From: Chthoniobacteraceae bacterium
GTDB lineage: Bacteria > Verrucomicrobiota > Verrucomicrobiia > Chthoniobacterales > Chthoniobacteraceae
DNA: 64,000 bases
Assembly (NCBI GenBank): GCA_040081625.1
Contig: JBEBGD010000004.1
Location: 1 to 64,000 of the forward strand
Direction: 5' to 3'
This document shows positions 27,101-36,013 of this stretch, piece by piece; positions within the stretch are counted from its first letter, which is position 1, and every line of letters begins with the position of its first letter. The position numbers and the translations under genes were made by a program. Under the pieces are notes generated by a model that searched no databases, had not been told where the DNA came from, and saw only the letters and a list, made by a program, of their open reading frames with translations.

Positions 27101-28980
27101 GGCGACGGAGGCGTGCTCGCGGCGGCAAGACGCAGCGCTGTGTGAAGCACCGCGGGATCCTGGCTCGTGCCGCCGGGCAGATTCGCGCGCACGAATTCGT
27201 CGAGCACTTTCGCGGGCGATGCGAATGGCCGCTCCGTCAATTGCGCAAGACCGACGGCCTCCCGGTCGCTCGCGACCTCGACCTTCACGCGCGCGGTCGA
27301 GTAACCCTCGAGCCGCAACTCGTAATCGTGCGACCCCGGCCTCGCTTGAGCGCGCACGGGCGTCTGGCCGAGAATCGCCGCTCCTTCTAGCACCGTCGCG
27401 CCGGGCGGCTCGCTCTCGATCCGCACGGTGCCGGTGCGAAAAGCCGCCGTAGTGCGCGCGGTTTTGGCGCGCTCGACGGAGACCGATTGCCGCACATCGG
27501 CCCAACCCTCGTGGCGGACGAGCAAATCATACGTGCCGGTGGGCAGCTTCGCGAGCGTCGCAGGCGTCGTCCCGGTTTTCGGCTCAAACTTTTCGCCCGC
27601 GACAGCGGTTTGCTTGAGCGTCAGCTCGAATGGTCGTCCGTCCGGCTCGCTGTGGACCTCGATGGCGCCGGTGCTGCGCACGAGTTTCACGAGGCCGGGA
27701 TTTGCGACCTGGTCTGCGACGACCGTGATCTCGCGCTCGACGGGGTCGAATCCCGGAAGCTCGATCCGCAACCGATGTTTGCCGAGCCGCACGTCTTCCA
27801 CGCTCAGCGGCGTGGTGCCGCGGACCTGGGATCCCAACTCCACCGCTGCTCCGGGCGGTTCCGTGGCGAGTTCGATGCCGCCGCGAGAAGCTGCGACCTG
27901 CGCGCGCCGTGGCGCCTCCCAGCCCCACCACCACGCAGCACCTCCACCGCCCAGGAGCACCACCGCCGCGGCGATGGCCCGCGCCATCCGCCGCGCGGGG
28001 CGTGCCGGCTCCGGTTCCAACCGCACGGTTTCCCGAACACCCAACGGCGCCGACGCATCGGCGCGCAGCCATGCGGGAATCTCCGACGCAGTCTGCGGCC
28101 GGTTCGCGGGATCCTTGCTCAGGCACGCGGCGACAAGGATCTCCCACTTCGGCGGCAGCGCCGCCCGGCCGGTGATGCCGAACTCCTCGCGCCGCTCGGC
28201 CATCGAGGGCACGGGCTCCTGCAAAACCTGCGCGAGGATCTGCCCGCGAAAAAACGGCGGTTTGCCCGTGAGCAGTTCGTAGATCGTCGCTCCGAGCGCA
28301 TAGATGTCATCGAGAGGGCTCGGTCTTTTTCCCATCGCCTGCTGCGGGCTCATGTAGGCCGGGGTGCCGCTGACGGGGCCCTGCCCGGTGTTGCGGCTGA
28401 GCGAATCGGAGAGCACCGCGGCGATGCCGAAGTCGGCGACCTTCAGCCGGCCAGCGGGCGTGAGCATGAGATTGCGCGGCTTGAGGTCTCGATGAACGAT
28501 CCGCGGGTCGCTGTGAGCATAGTCGAGCACGACGCAGAGCTGCTCGATCCACGGCAGGATTTGCGCCGGTTCGAAACACAGGCCGGGCTGTTGAGTCTTC
28601 AACTCCGCGAGCGACTGGCCCTCCACGTATTCCATCACGATTGCCGCCGTCTGCCCTTCGCGCTCGAAGTGATGCGTGCGGACGATGCCCGGGTGCATCA
28701 GCGCCATGCCGCGCAGCACCTCCTGTTTGAGATCGTTGATCGCCTCCGTGTCCTTCACGACTTGATCGGGCAGCAGCTTGATCGCGACCGGCTGGCCGAG
28801 CTCCTCATCCTGCGCGAGCAGGACCACGCCCATGCCCCCGCGCCCCAGCTCGCGCAGCACACGGTAGCGATTGAAGAGCACCGCAGCAGCGTCGCGCGTC
28901 GGGGCGTCGATCGGCGCGTCGGGTCCGTGCGGGAACGATCCACCGCTGCCACCGGGAGCGTTTGGAAAAAAATCGGACAT
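24196..28980 (-). CDS. Hanks-type Ser/Thr kinase with TM helix, PEGA domains and long helical C-terminal region
   Basis: Start reset to MSDFF; LGRGGMGVV, VAIK, HRDLKPRN, DFG, GTPAYMSPQ; TM; TEPPGA.V / SEPDG / SEPPGA PEGA repeats. Confidence 0.9.
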   Translation of the reverse strand: MSDFFPNAPGGSGGSFPHGPDAPIDAPTRDAAAVLFNRYRVLRELGRGGMGVVLLAQDEELGQPVAIKLLPDQVVKDTEAINDLKQEVLRGMALMHPGIVRTHHFEREGQTAAIVMEYVEGQSLAELKTQQPGLCFEPAQILPWIEQLCVVLDYAHSDPRIVHRDLKPRNLMLTPAGRLKVADFGIAAVLSDSLSRNTGQGPVSGTPAYMSPQQAMGKRPSPLDDIYALGATIYELLTGKPPFFRGQILAQVLQEPVPSMAERREEFGITGRAALPPKWEILVAACLSKDPANRPQTASEIPAWLRADASAPLGVRETVRLEPEPARPARRMARAIAAAVVLLGGGGAAWWWGWEAPRRAQVAASRGGIELATEPPGAAVELGSQVRGTTPLSVEDVRLGKHRLRIELPGFDPVEREITVVADQVANPGLVKLVRSTGAIEVHSEPDGRPFELTLKQTAVAGEKFEPKTGTTPATLAKLPTGTYDLLVRHEGWADVRQSVSVERAKTARTTAAFRTGTVRIESEPPGATVLEGAAILGQTPVRAQARPGSHDYELRLEGYSTARVKVEVASDREAVGLAQLTERPFASPAKVLDEFVRANLPGGTSQDPAVLHTALRLAAASTPPSPRLLELWAAFVKAADAAPASAGGLFANALELAALAPEQRRQLLPAIENAVGRFTGGDRASFVFQVLPAVEAQDAALGAGLRKLALDGLLAAPDGGAFDLAVLVAKMPDTERTQFFRSYLGRISAMKSTKTRMRPIEQIPPVLFLPDSQTTHEYHDALFTAARVPGAVEPYSVSRLVAAAARDGEPDLAKKFAALVKASDDYNLKACRKAIETATPQAALLPARRAFVRGETDAALRALREAPAGVMLDENSADSWIAHFRERRDLIAALEIARRSEGAPHRFQYLFTQLLADGHLAQAGALVAHVCGSSATAKKHEWLAALGTAHLARGEDAQARALLAEVPAEEWAPPKDTSIFSVAGLGRTNLVLLSELGLTAPATTIWEEHFAETRKEFADPKLSAYSFDELYLCAAWLKWEDKLAELDKLHASRPGAVPPTELVNLVAGLAAAGEHEHAARWCRKLKGIADESHIAHAAGALFRRGKDERTAAFLAVLDPGKQQSLFWKGLAAALLAGLDRAGSAAPWELPKAASAPQRPAWAGTTGPATAPEQALDRALAHIAKLPDASLRQSLTREAISAAVTGGLLERASALLDQLPIAAGTGDFDTACRVIAFAYARARNESDALRMIERIKSPNARFSAYVGFTLSDELSLQSSTIAEWLTLAEKLVPSLKNWANCWKENSAANNSAQALAALASATTTRLNDAALATRRFDKARAYISSVPLQDRFWTRGRLAVFNAEAGRFDTARDLVKETTTGSQLSVAPAQLANFWEAIASRQAKAGDRAAAEETLRMAENHLRTSSRKFSNPSLFNFAIEGLSKPSQETFDAWSAAADAEKRPVPPLPLPLARRKIVDFLIAEDPLLDPTFAHAISDSYQEEEFFKTLRGFLAVGPLEELVSIASRIRLGDGLTGAALTEALWDRARVQRSVARRFVLDGRTPEVHAWIGSLPDDQQRAQAWLGVCEGAPADGF

Positions 28981-29101
28981 CGGTCGCCTATGCACTGCGC
29001 GCCGAGCGAGGGCAATCCCGAAGCTCCTTCCCGCTACTCGTCGTGCTTCGAAATGCGGATCTTCCTTCCGTCGTCGGGGTCGCTGGCCGAAGCGCGCGGG
29101 A

Positions 29102-30109
29102 CTACACGCCGACGGCGAGGCGTTCGGTGTCGGCGTCGAGAACGAGTAGCACGTGCGGCTGCTCGCCGAGGGTGAGCGACTCGCTCCAGAATCGGGCGGG
29201 GCGCGGCGCCGCGCCGTGGACGGAGAAGGTGCACTCGCACGCCGTCGCGGGTTCGCTCGCACGCAGGAGTGCGGTCGCGTCTTCGCCGAGGTCGAGGCCG
29301 AGCGCGGCGAGCGGGCGCCCGAGCGCGGCTTCGCGGGAGCAGCCGGCGAGCGCGAGGAATGCGCGGTTCGCATCGACACAGCCGAGGCCGTCGGCACGGA
29401 GTAGCGCCATCGGCAACGGACAGGCGTTGAATGTATTCACGGACCGCTCCTCGGCATGCACACGCGCGGCGATCTCACGATGTAAGTCGGCCATCCGGCT
29501 GCCCACCACCGCGCTGCAATCCTCGAGCATCTGGCGGACTCCGCCGAGCGTGTCCGAAGCCTGGCGGGCGAGCTGCCATTTTTTCGTGAGCGCGTGGGCG
29601 AACTGAAGGACTTCGACGGGATCGAACGGTTTTTTGAGGATGAGCAGGCGATCGGAGGGGCCGAGTTTTTCGGCCATCTGGCTCCACGAGTAGTCGGAGA
29701 AGGCGGTGCAGATGACGGTCTGGAGCGCGGGATCTTCCTCCCACAAGCGCAGGATGGTTTCGACTCCGTCCAAGCCGGGCGGCATCCGCACGTCCACGAA
29801 CGCGAGCGCGTAAGGCCGGCCCGCGGCGCAAGCAGCCTTCACCTTCCCGATCGCCTCCTCGCCCTGATACGCCGAGTCCAGCTCGAAGCCCGGGACCACA
29901 TCGGTGCGCGCAGGCTGCGGCGTTTCGCCGAGGACGCTCGCCATGAGATCGGCCAGTTGCGGGTTGGCGACCGGACTCGCGCCCAGGATTTTGCGGAAGT
30001 CCTCGTGAATCGTCGGCGTGTCATCGACGAGCAGGATGCGGCGGCTTTCCATCTCCACCGGCAGGTTGATGATGGGTTCCAGGGGCAAAGGAGTCGTGGC
30101 TTCGGACAT
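29102..30109 (-). CDS. response regulator REC + PAS, no output domain
   Basis: ILLVDD, FVDVRMPPG.DG, ICTA, KKPFD; PAS-like C-terminus (DANRAFL.L.G.SRE..LGR). Confidence 0.85.
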   Translation of the reverse strand: MSEATTPLPLEPIINLPVEMESRRILLVDDTPTIHEDFRKILGASPVANPQLADLMASVLGETPQPARTDVVPGFELDSAYQGEEAIGKVKAACAAGRPYALAFVDVRMPPGLDGVETILRLWEEDPALQTVICTAFSDYSWSQMAEKLGPSDRLLILKKPFDPVEVLQFAHALTKKWQLARQASDTLGGVRQMLEDCSAVVGSRMADLHREIAARVHAEERSVNTFNACPLPMALLRADGLGCVDANRAFLALAGCSREAALGRPLAALGLDLGEDATALLRASEPATACECTFSVHGAAPRPARFWSESLTLGEQPHVLLVLDADTERLAVGV

Positions 30110-30290
30110 GGTGGTGTGGGCGCGAAATCGCGTGTCTGCAATTTAGCAGCCATCGTTCCATCCACTCCTCCCACTCCGTTGCAGCGAGACCTGGTGGATC
30201 CACCGGGCTCCGCGAAGGCGGGGCGACTGCCGTTCGCGACGGCGTTCGGGCTGGATGCGCCGCGCCCGCTCCGCCGGCGCGAGAGGTCCC

Positions 30291-32462
30291 TCAGGCTGCC
30301 TCGCAGCGACTGTCGGCCGATGCGGACCCGTCGAAGCTGAGCAAGCGATGGACGGCGTTGAGCAGATCTTGCGAGCGGTAGGGCTTCGGCAGGTAATCGT
30401 GGCCGGCGGGCAGGTCGATCCGCCCGCCGAACAGGTCGGTGCTGTAGCCGCTGCTGAAGATCACTTTCACGCTGGGCCGATCGATCGTGATCCGCTCGGC
30501 GACCTCTTTTCCGGAAAGACCGCCGGGCATGACCATGTCAGTCACCAACAGGTCGATCGGCCCCTGAAACTCCCGCCAGAGCGCGACGGCGGCATTGCCA
30601 TCCTCGGCGGCGAGCACGCGGTAGCCCGCGTCAGCCAGCACCGTCTCGGCGAGCGAGCGGACCGTGGGATCGTCCTCGACGACGAGGATGGTTTTCGAGG
30701 AGCGCGGTAGATGCGCGACGGTGGAAACCTCGGCCACGGCGCCGGGTTCATCGAGGTCGGTGACGGGGAGATAGATCTGGAACGTCGTGCCTTCCCCGGG
30801 TGCGCTGACGACTTCGATCCAGCCTTCGTGCTGGTTGACGATGCCGTGCACCGTGGCCAGGCCCATGCCGGTGCCTTTGCCGAATTCCTTGGTCGTGAAG
30901 AACGGCTCGAAAATCCGCCGCTGCGTTTCCGAGTCCATGCCGGTTCCGGAATCCGAGACCGTCAGGCGGACGAAGTTTCCCTCGCGTGCTTCGGTCCGGC
31001 GCGCCGCGTGTTCGCGACTGACGACGACCGCTTCGCTCGTGATCGTGAGCCGCCCACTTTCGGGCATGGCATCGCGGGCGTTGACGGCGAGATTGAGGAT
31101 GACCTGCTCGAGGTTGCACACGTCCGCGTGCACGGGCGGCAACTGTTCCGACTGGCGCACGTCGATCGCGATGCTTTCCGGGATCAGCCGGCGCAACATG
31201 CTGCCGAGATTGGAGACGACCGAGTTGAGCCGCACGACTTGCGGTTGCATGACCTGCTGGCTGCTGAAGGCCAGAAGCTGGCGCGTGAGGCTGGCCGCGC
31301 GCATGGCGGCCTCGTTCATGTCGCGAAACGATTTCGCGATGGGCGCTTCGAGATTCGCGCCCGCGAGGCGCAAGGTCGCGTGGCCCTGGATCACGGTCAG
31401 GACGTTGTTGAAATCGTGAGCGATGCCGGCGGCGAGATGCCCGACCGATTGCATCTTCTGCGTCTGGCGAAGTTGCGATTCGAGTGCCGCGCGCTCGGAG
31501 ATGTCTTCGACGACGATCAGTGCGTGCGACTGGCCGCCCAGCTCGAACGCCTCACTCCAGAGCCGCGCGGCCCGCCGTTGCGCGCCCCGTGCGGACAGTT
31601 CGCACTCCCGGCCGACCAGCGCGCGCCCGACGCTGAGAGCCGATCGCAGCGCTTCGTCGAGATGGATGCCCAACGCCTCCAATATGGAGCCCACGACTTC
31701 GTCGCGACGCTGACAACCGACCGCCTTGAGGAAGCTGCGATTCGCATCGACGCAGGACAATTCCGCGGAGCGCACGATCGCCATCGGCATGGGAGAGAAA
31801 TTAAACGCCTTCGAGAAACGCTCCTCGGCTTGAGCACGCTCAGCGACCTCGATCGCGAGCGTATCCGTCAATCCGCGCAGCGCGGAAGTGCGCTCCTGCA
31901 CGAGGCGATCGAGTTCCCCGACTTTCGTGGCCGCCTGCCGCGCCAGCGACCATTTCTTGGTCATCGAGCAGGCCAGTTGCAGCACCTCGACTTGATCGAA
32001 GGGTTTCTTCAGAATCAGAAGCTGGTCGGAGTGGCCGAGCTTGCTGACCATTTCATCCCACGAGTAATCGGAGAACGCCGTGCAGATCACGACCTGCAAG
32101 TCGGGATCCTGCCGCCAGAGTTGCTGGATCGTCTCCACGCCATCCCAGCCGGGCGGCATCCTGACATCGACGAATGCCATCGCATACTGCCGCTGATCGG
32201 CCGCGGCTTGTTTGACCATTTCGAGTCCCTGCTCGCCTTGAAATGCGGACTCGAGATCGAACTCCGGTCGCGACGCCTGCACCGTCTTCACCGTCCCGAG
32301 CACGCTGGCCATGAGGTCGTCGAGGCCGGTGTTCGCAGGCGGCTGCCCTGCGAGGATCTTCCGGAAATCTTCGTGGATCGCGGGCGTGTCGTCGATGATC
32401 AGGATTCGCCGGTTTAGCGCGGCCGCAGGCGGAGTGAGTGAAGCGGGAATGGGCGATGACAT
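30291..32462 (-). CDS. hybrid sensor kinase REC-PAS-HisKA-HATPase-REC
   Basis: Start reset to MSSPIP; LAAGIAHDFNNVL H-box, NLAVNARDAM, DSGTGM, FEPFFTTK, GTGMGL; receivers at both ends. Confidence 0.93.
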   Translation of the reverse strand: MSSPIPASLTPPAAALNRRILIIDDTPAIHEDFRKILAGQPPANTGLDDLMASVLGTVKTVQASRPEFDLESAFQGEQGLEMVKQAAADQRQYAMAFVDVRMPPGWDGVETIQQLWRQDPDLQVVICTAFSDYSWDEMVSKLGHSDQLLILKKPFDQVEVLQLACSMTKKWSLARQAATKVGELDRLVQERTSALRGLTDTLAIEVAERAQAEERFSKAFNFSPMPMAIVRSAELSCVDANRSFLKAVGCQRRDEVVGSILEALGIHLDEALRSALSVGRALVGRECELSARGAQRRAARLWSEAFELGGQSHALIVVEDISERAALESQLRQTQKMQSVGHLAAGIAHDFNNVLTVIQGHATLRLAGANLEAPIAKSFRDMNEAAMRAASLTRQLLAFSSQQVMQPQVVRLNSVVSNLGSMLRRLIPESIAIDVRQSEQLPPVHADVCNLEQVILNLAVNARDAMPESGRLTITSEAVVVSREHAARRTEAREGNFVRLTVSDSGTGMDSETQRRIFEPFFTTKEFGKGTGMGLATVHGIVNQHEGWIEVVSAPGEGTTFQIYLPVTDLDEPGAVAEVSTVAHLPRSSKTILVVEDDPTVRSLAETVLADAGYRVLAAEDGNAAVALWREFQGPIDLLVTDMVMPGGLSGKEVAERITIDRPSVKVIFSSGYSTDLFGGRIDLPAGHDYLPKPYRSQDLLNAVHRLLSFDGSASADSRCEAA

Positions 32463-32472
32463 GGCGCGGCGT

Positions 32473-34047
32473 TCAGGCTGCGGCTTGGACGCATCCGTCC
32501 CCAGCGATGGGCAGTTCGAGGGTGAAAGTGGCGCCGCGTCCGGGGCCATCGCTCTGCGCGGTGAGCGAACCGCCCATCTCCTTGGCGGCGAGCGCGCCGC
32601 TATGGAGCCCGAAGCCGTGGCCACCGCGCTTGGTCGTAAATCCGTGCGAGAAAATTCGAGTGAGGTTTTCGTATGGGACTCCCACCCCATTGTCGCGCAC
32701 CACGATCCTCACCGACTCATCACCGTGGCAGCAGGCTTTGAGGGTGAGCAGCTTCTTGTCGCCCCCCTGCTCGACGATCGCCTGCCGCGCGTTGGTGATC
32801 AGGTTGACCAGAATTTGCAGCGCCTTCGGCTTGTCCGCAAAGATCGGCGGCAAGTTCCCGATGTCGCGGAAGACCTCGACGCCGTGCCGCTCCAGTTCGC
32901 TGGCATTGATCCGCAGCGCGTCATCGATCAACGCGCCGACATCCACCGATTCACTCATCACCGACGACGTGGCGTAGGTCTGCTGCATCGCGACGATGTC
33001 GCGGATGTGCGTCACATTCTTCGAGAGCCCCTCCGCCTCCGCGATCAGTTCGCCTTGCTCGACCAGCAGCGCGTCCGCAAAGTGCGCGATCAAGTCGGGG
33101 ACGAGCTTGCCCCGCGGATCGGTCGTCAGGAACTCGACCAGCCGCGGCTGCTGTTCCTTCAAAAGCGCCGCGAGCTTCCCGAGTTCGCCCGCCTTGCTGC
33201 GGCGCGCCCGGTCGCTGATCACCATCCCCGAGACGTTCACGCTGTTGAGCACGTTGCCGACATTGTGCAAAACGCTCGTGGCGATCTCCGCCATGCCCGC
33301 TTCGCGCGAGGATTCGATGAGCTGTTTGTTGAGCACATCGAGCTCCTGGGCGGCCTGTTCGCGCTGCGCTACCTGCCTGCTCAAGTTGAGCTGGCGGCTC
33401 GCATGTCCGGCCAACTCGAGCGTGCCGGCCCGGTATTGCTCGATGAATCGCGAGAGGATTCCCGCTTCCATAAAATACCACCCGCCGCGCTCGATCCACC
33501 GCCACCATTGCACCGGGGCGCTTCCATAAATCGACTCCGGCCACACCGAGCCCCGCAGGGCGTGATCCAGCGTCACCACCGCCGCAGCGATCGTGAGAAC
33601 CGATGCATCCAGGTAAAACGCCAGAATCGCCAGGCTGCAAAATGCGTGAAACTGAAGTTCAGGGCGGCCGCCGCTGAGATGGAGCAAAAGCCCCGCAAAC
33701 AGCATCTGCCCGATCGCTACTGTGCGCCGCGTCAGCGGAGTCCCCGGGCGGAGCCAGACGGAAAAGATGGGGATCAGGGCAAGGATCGCACCCAGCACCA
33801 CCACGCCCCAGCCCTGCACCGCGTGCAGCGCGAGCGCACCCCCACCCATATTCCAGCCGCGCGGCCAGGACATGGCGCAGGCCACCGCCCACTGGAAAAG
33901 CAGCAGCCCTGCGAGCACGCGATCCGTCCTCAGCCGCTGGCTTTGAATCCTGGCGCAAAAGACTTCGGTCGCTTCCGGCACGGCGTCCACGACGGCCGGC
34001 GCGTTTCCATTCCAAAAAAGTGAGTGCAGTCGGTTGGAGAGAGTCAC
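32473..34047 (-). CDS. membrane sensor histidine kinase
   Basis: About 5 TM helices; AGMAEIATSVLHNVGNVLNS H-box, NLITNA, DNGVG, FSHGFTTK, GHGFGL. Confidence 0.92.
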   Translation of the reverse strand: MTLSNRLHSLFWNGNAPAVVDAVPEATEVFCARIQSQRLRTDRVLAGLLLFQWAVACAMSWPRGWNMGGGALALHAVQGWGVVVLGAILALIPIFSVWLRPGTPLTRRTVAIGQMLFAGLLLHLSGGRPELQFHAFCSLAILAFYLDASVLTIAAAVVTLDHALRGSVWPESIYGSAPVQWWRWIERGGWYFMEAGILSRFIEQYRAGTLELAGHASRQLNLSRQVAQREQAAQELDVLNKQLIESSREAGMAEIATSVLHNVGNVLNSVNVSGMVISDRARRSKAGELGKLAALLKEQQPRLVEFLTTDPRGKLVPDLIAHFADALLVEQGELIAEAEGLSKNVTHIRDIVAMQQTYATSSVMSESVDVGALIDDALRINASELERHGVEVFRDIGNLPPIFADKPKALQILVNLITNARQAIVEQGGDKKLLTLKACCHGDESVRIVVRDNGVGVPYENLTRIFSHGFTTKRGGHGFGLHSGALAAKEMGGSLTAQSDGPGRGATFTLELPIAGDGCVQAAA

Positions 34048-34196
34048 ACTGAGTGCATTTTTCGGCTACCAGCCCCCTGGATAATTAATCATATAAACGA
34101 TAATTTCTATAAGCAGCCCCCATTCCAACCCCCTCTGATTCCCGCCTGAACTCCGCTGCTACGCCCCGTCAGACTCCCCCTCGTCGCAGACGGGAA

Positions 34197-35084
34197 TCAA
34201 AGCCGCAGTCGCACGATGCGCCGGTTCGTCGTGTCGGCGACAAAGATGCGGCCCCTCGAATCGACTGCGAGCCCCCACGGCGTCGCAAACTCACCAACTC
34301 CCGCACCCGTGCGACCGAGCTGACCGTCGAGCTTCCCATCCGGCCGCACCCGCGAGAGCCGGCCCGCGCCGTATTCGATCACGTTGAAAACCCCGTCGGG
34401 CCCGAGCGCGATGTCGTAGGGCAGACCGAATGTCAGCGCTCCGAGATCGCCGAGATAATTGCCGGCGTCGGCGAAGACGAGCACGCGGTTGTTGATCGCG
34501 TCGGCGACGAAAACCTTCCCGTCGTGCCACGCGAGACCGCTCGGCCTTTGAAACTGCCCCCGCCCCGTGCCGAAGCTGCCGAACTCCGCGAGCCACTCGC
34601 CTTCGCGCGTGAACTTCTGCACCCGGTCGTGGCCGCCGTATTCGCAGATGTAGAGGTTCTCGTCCGCGTCCGTGCAGATGCCGACCGGGTAGAAAAACTC
34701 GCCCCGTCCCTCGCCCTTGCGCCCGAAGTTGCGCAGCCAGTTTCCGTCGCGGTCGAAATAGACAATACGGTGATAGTGCGTGTCGCAGACCACGATGCGC
34801 CCATCGCGCAGGATGACGATCCCCTCGGGCTTGCCGACCTTCACATCGAGCATGTGCCAGCGCCGCACCAGCCCACCGTCAGCGTCGTAAATGAGCACGC
34901 GCCCCGCGGTGTCGAGCACCGCGAGTTCATCCGCCGGGCCGATGGCGAGGCTGCGCGCAGTCGGCAGCGAAGCTCCCTCCGGTGGAAGCTGCCACGCACG
35001 CCACTCGCGCGCCGTGATCTCCGGCGCAGGCGCGCGCGAACATGCGGCGACGATCATCGAGACCGCGACGAGGACGAGCCTCAT
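34197..35084 (-). CDS. NHL repeat lipoprotein
   Basis: Start reset to MRLVLV (ATGA overlap); lipobox-like VAAC; repeated G.G.GEF..P.G(I/L) NHL motifs. Confidence 0.85.
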   Translation of the reverse strand: MRLVLVAVSMIVAACSRAPAPEITAREWRAWQLPPEGASLPTARSLAIGPADELAVLDTAGRVLIYDADGGLVRRWHMLDVKVGKPEGIVILRDGRIVVCDTHYHRIVYFDRDGNWLRNFGRKGEGRGEFFYPVGICTDADENLYICEYGGHDRVQKFTREGEWLAEFGSFGTGRGQFQRPSGLAWHDGKVFVADAINNRVLVFADAGNYLGDLGALTFGLPYDIALGPDGVFNVIEYGAGRLSRVRPDGKLDGQLGRTGAGVGEFATPWGLAVDSRGRIFVADTTNRRIVRLRL

Positions 35085-36013
35085 GCGCGCAAGCGGACCA
35101 CCGCAGGCATCTCCGGTTGGAGATCCGCCGCGGCCGGTCGGTGCAGGAACGTTCGCACCACGGCCGCATTCACATGTCGCAACTCCGCCTCGGCGAACGA
35201 GCCGAGAAAATTCGCGCTCCTCACGACCATGTGGCTCAGATTCGTCGGCTCGATCTCGATTTGCTCGGGCCGGAAACACCGCGCGAAGTCGATCTTCTCG
35301 TCCAGCCACAGGTCCGCCTCCTCGGGCGTCATCCAATTGCCGGGGCCGAGACACTCCATCACGTCGCGGCTCGGCGGGTTCGCATAAGCCTCGGCGATCG
35401 GCCCGGCGTGCAGCACACCCCCGTCGCGCAGGCACACGACATTCTGCGCCTCGGCGAGCGCGGCCTCCGGCACATGCGTCGCGAAGACGAGCGAGCGATC
35501 CTCCGCCGCGAGCGCCGCACGAATCACCGACCAGTAGCGCCCCACGCGCGCCGGATCGACATGCGCGAGCGGTTCGTCGAGCACGAGCACCTTTGCCGGC
35601 GCAGCGAGCGCACGCGCGACGCTGAGCCGCGCACGCTCTCCCTCACTCAACTCGTCCGGTCGCGCCCCCGCGCGCTCCGTGAGATCGAAGCCGGCGAGCA
35701 ACTCGTCGATGCGCGCCTCGGCGCAACGCACCAGCGCGAGATGTTCGCGCGCCGTGCAGTGCGGCCACAGTCCGTCATTCTGCGGCGACCAGTAGAACGA
35801 GCGCGGCCCGTCGAAGATGCCGCGGTCGGGCTTCTCGAAACCGACCAGCACGTTGAGCAGCGACGTCTTCCCCGCGCCCGACCAGCCGAGCACCGCAGTC
35901 ACGCCACGCGGGATCACGACGGACACATCGCGCAGGCGCGACGGGCCGAGGCACACGTTATTGAGCGTCCAGAGCGGAGCGTCAGCGCCGCGGTTGCGGC
36001 TTTCGTCAGTCAT
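35081..36013 (-). CDS. ABC transporter ATP-binding protein
   Basis: Walker A GWSGAGKTS, signature variant LSEGE, Walker B VLVLDEP, H-loop ATH. Confidence 0.88.
   Translation of the reverse strand: MTDESRNRGADAPLWTLNNVCLGPSRLRDVSVVIPRGVTAVLGWSGAGKTSLLNVLVGFEKPDRGIFDGPRSFYWSPQNDGLWPHCTAREHLALVRCAEARIDELLAGFDLTERAGARPDELSEGERARLSVARALAAPAKVLVLDEPLAHVDPARVGRYWSVIRAALAAEDRSLVFATHVPEAALAEAQNVVCLRDGGVLHAGPIAEAYANPPSRDVMECLGPGNWMTPEEADLWLDEKIDFARCFRPEQIEIEPTNLSHMVVRSANFLGSFAEAELRHVNAAVVRTFLHRPAAADLQPEMPAVVRLRA

Noticed and set aside
34055..34115. AT-rich patch as a replication origin
   Set aside because: Short, no DnaA boxes or iterons seen; it fits better as the promoter region of the histidine kinase gene
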